From the NCBI GenBank assembly GCA_951406725.2, contig OX597817.1:119474001-119538000 (forward strand): a stretch of 64,000 nucleotides of DNA, in the 5' to 3' direction. Under the pieces are notes generated by a model. That model made no database searches and was not told the origin of the DNA. It saw only the letters and a program-made list of their open reading frames with translations. This document shows, piece after piece, positions 55,827-64,000 of the stretch. Position 1 is the stretch's first letter, and every line of letters starts with the position of its first letter. This DNA is from Octopus vulgaris. Its lineage: Eukaryota. Position numbers and translations under genes: made by a program.

Positions 55827-58079
55827 TTGTAAATAATCTGTTTCTACACAGAGCATTGTACATTTAGCTCATTGGCTCAATATTCATAAATATCTTACAT
55901 CCTGTCAAAATGATTTCATTCAAAATTTCCCTATGCCTTCTTGCTTATTTCCTCTCTCTTCAGATAACTGAATAATACTTCAGTCTATCTCTTTCCATTA
56001 TATCATTAAAATCTTAGCTTTCAAAAAAACTTCTGTTTTACAAAATGTTCCTAATTTGTATGTTCTTATTCTTTAAATCGTATACTTTCTAACAAAGCTC
56101 AAATTGTACAAATTCTTATATTTGTATACGTTGGAGGCAGAAATCACTTTATAGCAAGATAGTCTTCTTGAAGTTAATTATCACATTCGTGACAACATTC
56201 TTAACAAGAAATATTGTATTTTAATTAATTTTCAAAGTAATTAATAACTTGGAAGATTTTAGTGAAATAATTTCAACTTCTTCATTTCTTGGTACAATAA
56301 TCTCATGTTTGGAATATATTCTGACAAAAATACAAATGTATACGTACTTAAATTTCACATTATTATTCATATAGTAACAAGAATGTGAACAAGATGGAAA
56401 TTTAAATATGAAAACTTTACAAATGATAATGTATCTACTCATTTGTCATATAGAAGATGTATAAGTCAAATACATTCCAAAGTTCAAAAGTTAAGCTTTG
56501 CATCATAAACTGTTAAGCTTTTCATTATAAAATCAGTTTCTTAATAAATTTACATTTCACATGATGTTTCATAAAATATGATTTACTCAGAATAAAAAAA
56601 AACAAACAACCACAATAGTGATGCACCAGTATAGTAACAGCCCACTAGTTGAAACTAGTAAAAAAAGTATTACAAAATATGTGATAGCAGCCACCACAAA
56701 ATTAAACGTCATCAGTACTAACATAAAAACAGTTAGCATTAGGATCATCGGTATTTTATTTTTTGTCTTCTAAATGACACTTTATATGAAGACTTTTCTC
56801 CTGTGAACTACTTTCTGTTTAAATAACAGAAAGGAATTTTTTTTTATCATAACTTAGGGTGACAACCTTACTGAAAAGATATGAAATATATTATCAGTGC
56901 ATCACTATAAAAATCAAAAATATTTTACTGAGGTATATCATAAAGAAGCATATGAATTATGCATTATACCTACTCTGCAAACTCTCTAACAAGCAACTGT
57001 ATTTTATAATGATGTGTTTATTGTATGTGTGTATGTCTTTATTTTTATTAATGTTTTATTTATTAATCATAGTTGACTGAAAATTTTGTATTACAGAATT
57101 CTATACTAGCTACTGTTGATGCATTCAGAAGGGCATAAATAATTGATAAATGATTCCAACTGAATCAAAAACAATAGGCCTATTTGCAACAAAAGAAATA
57201 TATTCTGCAAACAGAGCAAACATATGAGCCAAAGTGTCAGGGAGTATTTGACATTATAAAACTGGACAAAACCAAACAACAACTGCAAAAGTCAATAGCG
57301 ATATCACTTTACAAAATCAAATTGATATCAAAACTGTGCCATTCATAAATTTGTAAAGAGATTTGTAGCTCTCTAGTGAAATAAAGGCCAAAATATCTTC
57401 TTCGTGTCCCTTACACAGTGGTTGGCTCTATGTTGATTGTTCTGAAATTTTGAATTCATTAATACAATAGGAATTTGAGAAGAAATATTCTGAAAACAAT
57501 TCCTTTGTAAGTTGATGTTAGGAATTTTTGGTCGATGGAACAATGTGCAAAGTCAACTTGAAATGTAATCCAAGACTTCATTCAGCATCAATTGTTTTCA
57601 TATTTGAATGTATAAGAATTACGTGATATTTTTCAGAAATATATGGTACTTATTATTATAGCTAGGTTGTTATCTGAAACTAAAGCCTTACAATTATAAG
57701 TTTTCTTGCCAAAGATCTCAAGAGAAACTGGAAAATTTGAAAGATTAAATACATTCACATGAGAAGGTACTTGCAATATAAATAACTAATAAAAGGAAAT
57801 ATACACATAATCCCTCTTTCTCTCTCTCTCTGTCATCATTTTTGTTATATTCCTTTTCTTTCATCCTTGCATGGATAGGATGAGCATCTATACATACATC
57901 CCATCCACTCATATACAATGTGTGGTAGCCATATATCTATTCTACAGCAAGACACTTGTTCTGTCCCTGTATTAGACTTTCAACTCAAAACAACTGGATT
58001 CATCCTAACTCTCCATCTACTACAACCCCATTGAGATGAGGGGGTTTTGTGTTCTTCTTTGTTTTGCAAATTACTTAGT

Positions 58080-58266
58080 GACCTCATAGTACTGGGGTCA
58101 TGAAAAAAAACACCCCAAACACCTGTAAAATGGCTGGCATTAGGAAGGGGATTTGACTGTAGAAAGCAGACATTGGAGATGGACACAGTACTCTGGTTCA
58201 TTGGATCATGTCAAACTGTCTAACCCCAACCAGCGAAGAAAATGGCAGGTAAATGATGATGATGAT
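58080..58266 (+). mobile_element. SINE-like family D, degraded
   Basis: tggctggcattaggaagggg...ctgtagaaa...taaatgatgatgatgat. Confidence 0.7.
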
Positions 58267-58283
58267 TTATATAGCTTTCTATT

Positions 58284-58648
58284 TTTTTTTACTTATATCA
58301 ATCATTAGAGTGTGGCCATGCTGGAGCACTGCTTAGAAGAATTTTTAGTTGAATGAATCTACCCTAGTACTTATTTTAATTTTTTAAAGCCTGGTACTTA
58401 TTCTATCAGTCTTTTTTGGTGAACCACTAAGTTACAGAGACGTAAACACAAGTGTTGATAAGTGGTGCTGGGGGATAAACACAGATGCAAAGACACAGAG
58501 ACATTGTTATACATATATGGGCTTCTTCTTTCTGTTTCTGTCTACAAAATCATCACAAGGCTTTGCCCAGCCTAAAGCTAAAGTACACTTGCCCAATGTG
58601 CCTGGTATCATATGGTTGGGAAGCAAGCTTCTTATCACACAGTCACAA
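58284..58648 (-). mobile_element. SINE family B (internally deleted)
   Basis: gtggccatgctggagcactgc...gggcttcttctttctgtttctgtctac...ggttgggaagcaagcttcttatcacacagtcac. Confidence 0.85.
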
Positions 58649-58654
58649 TCATTA

Positions 58655-58790
58655 TAAGTAAAATACATTAATATGATTCTGGGTTCAGTCCCACTGCATG
58701 GCACCTTGGGCAAGTGTTTTCTACTATAGCCTCGGACTGACCAAAGTTTTGTGAGTGGATTCAGTAGATAGAAATTGAAAGAAGTCCATC

Positions 58791-58822
<32 letters not shown>

Positions 58823-59031
58823 GCTTATGTATCTGTATTTGTCCCCACCACCATCACTTGACAATCAATGCTGGTGTGTTTACATCCCTGTAACTTAGTG
58901 GTTTGGCAAAAGAGACTGTTAGAATAAGTAGTAGGCTTACAAAGAATAAGTCTTGGGGTCAGTTTGTTTGAGTAAAGGCAGTGTTACAGCCTGGCTGCAG
59001 TCAAATGACTGAAACAAATAAAAGAATAAAA
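58655..59031 (+). mobile_element. SINE family B
   Basis: gggttcagtcccactgcatggcaccttgggcaagtg...gcagtcaaatgactgaaacaaataaaagaataaaa. Confidence 0.88.
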
Positions 59032-59041
59032 TGTGTGTGTA

Positions 59042-59086
<45 letters not shown>

Positions 59087-59371
59087 CATGTGTTTATATG
59101 TGTTTATATATATGTGCATGTGTGTGTTTGTGTGTACCCTTGTCTTCATATTAACATCAAATAAGCAGTGCTATTTATTTCCAAATTGCTTTTATATGTA
59201 TATACAGACATAATTATATATACATCCACATACAGTAACCATACATATATACCTACCTAAATATATACACAAACACATCTATAGAAATACACACATTATA
59301 TGCATATGATGTAAATATATACATACATACATGCATACATACATATATATATGTATGTAAGCAAGCACTTC

Positions 59372-59437
<66 letters not shown>
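59372..59437. repeat. (TA)n(TG)n microsatellite
   Basis: Direct reading. Confidence 0.96.
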
Positions 59438-59441
<4 letters not shown>

Positions 59442-60105
59442 AAGCATTTCATGTAAATGTTATGTATGTATCTCTTTATGTTTGCAAATGTATATGAAAT
59501 AAAAAAAGAGTAGGCATTATTTTTTAGTATATTTCATTTACACTAAGTCACTGATTCATCCCATAGTTACTTAATATTTCATCAGCCTGCATAAGTTTGC
59601 GTAAGTTTCAATTTGTTGCCAGGAGTCTGATTTATCACATATGCATGAAAAGTAGGTAGTTATAATGTGTATCATCAACTCTACAGAAATATGTGAAGAA
59701 ATTAAGAATTTTATTTGGCAAGCATGTATAGAATCTCAGGCAAGTGTCTTTCATGGTAAAGTCTTGGGTGTATTAATGCTATGTTAGTAGGATTTGGTGA
59801 ATGTAAATTGTGTGGTAGTTTGTCTCATATCTCTATGTATGCATATATATGAGAGAGAGATGTATGTATGCATGTGGAGTGGTGCATGCAAGTATGATTT
59901 TGTATATATTAGTGTGCTAATGTTTGTTTATTGATGTACGATATACAAATCTTCAAGAAAATTGCAAATTAACAGTTCCACAAGTAAACAGAACTAGTGC
60001 TTGCCTCAGCAGAATCAGATAACCAATGCCACTATTGTACACAGATTGCATAAATAAATAGAAATAGAAGTAAATAAAATATAAATTGAAATAATTACTA
60101 GAAAA

Positions 60106-60330
60106 CCTTCAGAGCAGAAACAACATCATCTTAGATGAGGGAGTTGTACTCCATTGTTGTAGAGTGTCAGCAGCTGTTGGGGCTAGAATATTTTCTAGCT
60201 TTGAAGAGAAGGACCAGTCTTCAGAGTGTTAATCTGGATACCAAGCTATGTTAAAGGTGTGGCTTCACCAGGAGAGATCCTTGCTGAAAATGAAGCCCAG
60301 CACTTGGAGTGACTATGAAGGCTCTAGATG
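60106..60330 (-). mobile_element. LINE RT C-terminal fragment (Jockey/CR1/L2-like)
   Basis: Minus: LQVLGFIFSKDLSW*SHTFNIA...LLFKARKYSSP.QLLTLY...MEYNSLI, matching the LG...DLSW..HI / LY...MEY pattern. Confidence 0.7.
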
Positions 60331-61314
60331 CCTACCACTTTGTAAGGTGTGGGTGTGATAGGGTGGTGTTTTGTCAATATATTCACACACACATGGATGC
60401 ACAAGCATACTCATGTGTGTGCATACATATACATGTATATAGCAGCAAATGAATTTTGTGTATGTGTATATGTATACATAGCAGAGGAAGAGAGAGAGAG
60501 AGAGAGATTAAACCCCATGTTTCTGTGTACATATTCCTAACCTGGCAGTTGGAGGGTAGAATATTTGGTATTATATGGTGGTATCTGCTGCAAGGAATTT
60601 GCACAATTTGCACAGCAGCATGTAATGCCATCTTTCAAAGATCTTCCAGATATAAATGTATTGCAGACATAAATCTCTTGCCCCATAAGTCAGCAACTGC
60701 ATAGAATAAATCTTCTTTGGTATTGTTTGGATTGTTTCCAGTTAACAGTGAGCTTAATACTAATACTAAGAGGGGACAACAACTTAAAGCAATAATCCAA
60801 CTTACTGATAATAAATGTCTCTTACAGGCTCAACATTACTTCTTGTTCTTTTGTTCTAAATTATCTTTGAATACATTGATAGCTGCTTGTCAATTGTTAC
60901 TCCCATTGTAATGCACCCAGAAAATGATGCATCAACATCTCATAATTCTCAAGTCTTCTACAGATTTTGAATGTGTAGTTTCTCTTCTAATTCTACCTGT
61001 ACATCCAAATTAGAATTTTGAGTGATTTTCTCGAATTTTTCTGGTGCTATGATGTATTTTTTACCTTATAGTTTTTTTTGTTTTTTTTTGCTTTTTTCTC
61101 TTAGCCTTCCTATACATGTCAATAAAACGTTTCGTTGGTTGTTGCTGATATCATCATAGCTTTTGATTGACTAATAGCTAGCTAGAATGACAGGATATGT
61201 CTGAGGCTACAATATGAAACAGTAATGTGTTTGATAAATATCACAAAGGAACTTCAGTCTGAATTGTTGAAATTTTTCCAAGTTAGCACTGATTTATGTT
61301 ATCATGCTGAAAGG

Positions 61315-61500
61315 ATCCAATGAGAAGCCTCTATGTAGCCATTTGCCCTGCTAGAAATAACACCCTAACCTCTCTTTTATAACACCATGCCATTTTAAAT
61401 AATTAAGTAAATTCTAAATACCCAAAGAGATAAGTTTTTCACCAGAGCACCTTTGTTCATATATCTTCTTAGTCAAGAATAACCTGGGTTAAATAACAAC
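61315..61500 (-). repeat. Interspersed repeat family E
   Basis: gcctctatgtagccatttgccctgctagaaataacacc...cacctttgttcata...cctgggttaaataacaac. Confidence 0.55.
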
Positions 61501-62971
61501 TATGCCAAGATCTTGCAGCATGTAACATACAGCCCCAAAATCAGCTGTTTTAAGCTTTTGGAAAGTCTAAATATAACATGTTAGATTGATTGATCAGCTG
61601 TTTTATTATCCAGCTTTAAAGCAGCAGAAGATAACGAAGCAGCTTTTACAGGGACAGAAACCATGCCAAGTGTCACTCCATAAGTCAATATCCTCTGAAA
61701 ATATTATGCTTCTTTTCTCTTTGGACATTGCTGATGTATGGTGTCAGATAGATAGGAGTCTCATTCTTCATTTACTTTGCTTCTTCCTTTATGGATAGAA
61801 TATTCTTCTTTCAAAAATTTTCAAACAGAAGCTTACTAATTCTAAGATCTGTGTAACACTATCAGAAGCAGTTTAACAAGGATCCTTTAATAAGAGTCCC
61901 TTTTGTCTGTCTTTTGAAGAGCTGTTGAGAAAGCAAATTTACTGATTTTCAGTAAAATTTCTCTATGACATATACTGATATAACTGATGGTTACTCTTCC
62001 CTATGCAAAGCTATCATGTTGAAAAATTCATCTTGCTCAATTATTTATATGCTTACAAGCAGAGCAGTAAAAGAAATTCTATACAACAGTTCATTCAGTA
62101 GTTCATCTTTTGATGGTTTAAAGTGGCTTGTCTGTTTCATCATCTGCTGAAGCTGTTTCTTTCTTCAAGCCTCTTGGAAACTTCAGGATTCTTTTAGATA
62201 TTTTTTTTATATATCCTTGGCTGTCTTTATTTTCTTTATTTAATTCATAGTTTTTTTTTTATCTATTTTTGGTAGAGGTCCACTAAGTAATAGACTATAT
62301 AAGCAATTTGAAACCTTTCATCTTCATCAAGAGATTTTTTTTCTAGCTCTGGGAATGACATTTTTGTTACCCCCATCTCTTATTCTCTCTTTCTCTTTCT
62401 CTCTTTGGGACATGTACACGTTATATAGCTTCTATTGTTAACATAATTTCTCCCAGTTCTATGTCATTGTCTTGCATATATATAATTTACATCAAATCAA
62501 CTTGCAAATATCTCTATCTTGATTGATTCCAGTGAGATTTATGAGAATTAAGGCTGGTCACTATTGGAGTGCTTCTAGTGATATTCTGAGCTATGTCATT
62601 TTAGGCAATACTTTATTAAATCTACAATTTTATGGTCTGAGAGGATTTTAGGTGTCAGCTACACATTATAGGTGAGTTGTGCATTATCTGCAAAGCAGAG
62701 ATCAAGAATAACTGCTGTTTCTGATTAAGTAGAGGATTATTTGCTCAATGAACAATATGTTGGCAAAGTCAAGAATAGACACTTCTTTGTCAAAAGAATG
62801 TAACACCCTGAAGACTCACACACACATGCATGCATACACACACACACATATACACACACACATAGAACATACACACACCAAAAACATAAAAATATGTTGC
62901 TATGTTGCTGCAATATTGGTTTCCAACTTTGGCACAAGGTCAGGAATTTTGGAGAGTGGGTAAGCCAATTA

Positions 62972-63455
62972 CTGCATTTTAATGTGTATAAGGAACCCTT
63001 GTGCATAAGGAATCCCCTAATTTTGGGGACTTAAAATTTGGAAAAAAGTTTTGTAAGGGATTATAATATTATCCATGTATAAGAAACTCTCATATTTTTT
63101 AAACCTAATTTTTGACAATAAAGGGTTCCTTATACATATAAGTTCTTAAGCAGATCAGGCCGAAAATGTCGCTAGAAGCTAGGAACACCAAGCATAGATT
63201 GGCATATTTCGGTCATATTATGCAGAGAAAATCCCTGGAGAAGGACATTATGCTCGGAATGGTCAGTGGCAAGAGAGGAACAGGCCAACCAAGAACCCAC
63301 TGGCTTGACACCATCAAGAGGGATACCAGAATGGACATAGCCAATCTGAAAGAAGCAGCCCAGGATAGAACTGACTGGAGGACACTGATCCAACGACTGA
63401 CCGAGAGTCGACTTCGACTGAGCAGATAAATAGATAGATACATATAAAAATATGG
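62972..63455. mobile_element. pogo/Tigger-like MITE interrupted by an RTE fragment
   Basis: TA|ctgcattttaatgtgtataaggaaccctt ... aagggttccttatacatata[RTE]aaaatatgg|TA. Confidence 0.75.
63142..63437 (+). mobile_element. RTE-clade (BovB-like) LINE 3' end, 5'-truncated
   Basis: Open frame VLKQIRPKMSLEAR...RLAYFGHIMQR.SLEKDIMLG...RGTGQPRTHWLD...AAQDRTDWR*, a short (taga)n tail, and a 10-bp TSD atacatataa at 63132-63141 and 63438-63447. Confidence 0.92.
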
Positions 63456-64000
63456 TACATCAAACCCAGTGCTCAGCTGGTACTTATCTTACCAACTCTG
63501 AAAGGATGAAAAGCAAAGTTGACCTCAGCAGAATTTCAACTCAGAATATAAACAAAATGCCACTGTTTTTCTCAGTATACAAACAATTCTGCCAGCTTGT
63601 CACATTGTGTTGATGTGATACAAAAATTTCTATCTTTCTGAAATTTTTCCATAAATTTTGAGCAACGGATTTGAGCCATCTAATTCATCTGTTGGGTGTT
63701 ATGTTGTACCTATCACACTGAATTGCTTTTGAAGTGCAATAAATGTGTTGCAAACCTTGCATGTCAACAAGCTAAATGTGTGATATATTTCTAGAAGTGC
63801 CTAGTAAATCTACCATTTCATTGTATAAACATGTTAAATTATTTCTAGCTTTCCATTTTAAGCTCTTACTTTACAGATATTTTTTAAACAAATAATTCCA
63901 ACCATAAAATATCAGATAAGAGCAAATACACAGCCTTTCTTCACTTAACACAAAAATACTGCTTACATATCTGAGAGAATGCACAAGTGCTTGCAAGCAC

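Larger units (their letters stand above)
62914..63605 (-). mobile_element. SINE family A interrupted by a MITE
   Basis: ttggcacaagg...taagccaatTA | catcaaacccagt...gaaaggatgaaaagcaaagttgacctcagcagaatttcaactcag. Confidence 0.8.

Overview
This is AT-rich, CpG-depleted eukaryotic DNA with no host protein-coding gene that I can support. The SINE families and the microsatellite density point to a coleoid cephalopod, probably Octopus; this is inferred from recalled repeat families, not verified. Nearly all ORFs in the track are microsatellite or repeat artefacts. The window is a transposon graveyard. It holds many SINE or SINE-like copies from 4-5 families, a decayed R4/Dong-type LINE (RT, zinc knuckle and restriction-like endonuclease; ~5.3-7.75 kb, minus), a near full-length mariner with TIRs and TA TSD (24437-25628), two Tigger/pogo-like MITEs, a 2.4 kb non-autonomous hAT element with a perfect ATCTAGAG TSD (46223-48598), RTE and Jockey/CR1-like LINE fragments, and a ~3.5 kb (TA)n/(TACATA)n array. 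The most interesting signal is a set of short non-coding elements carrying minimal type-I hammerhead ribozyme motifs, mostly inserted into (TA)n tracts, as expected for Penelope-like or retrozyme derivatives. Two are head-to-head fold-backs with a ribozyme motif on each strand (10591-10722 and 50095-50383). Several copies appear inactivated by the same CpG-type G12>A change.
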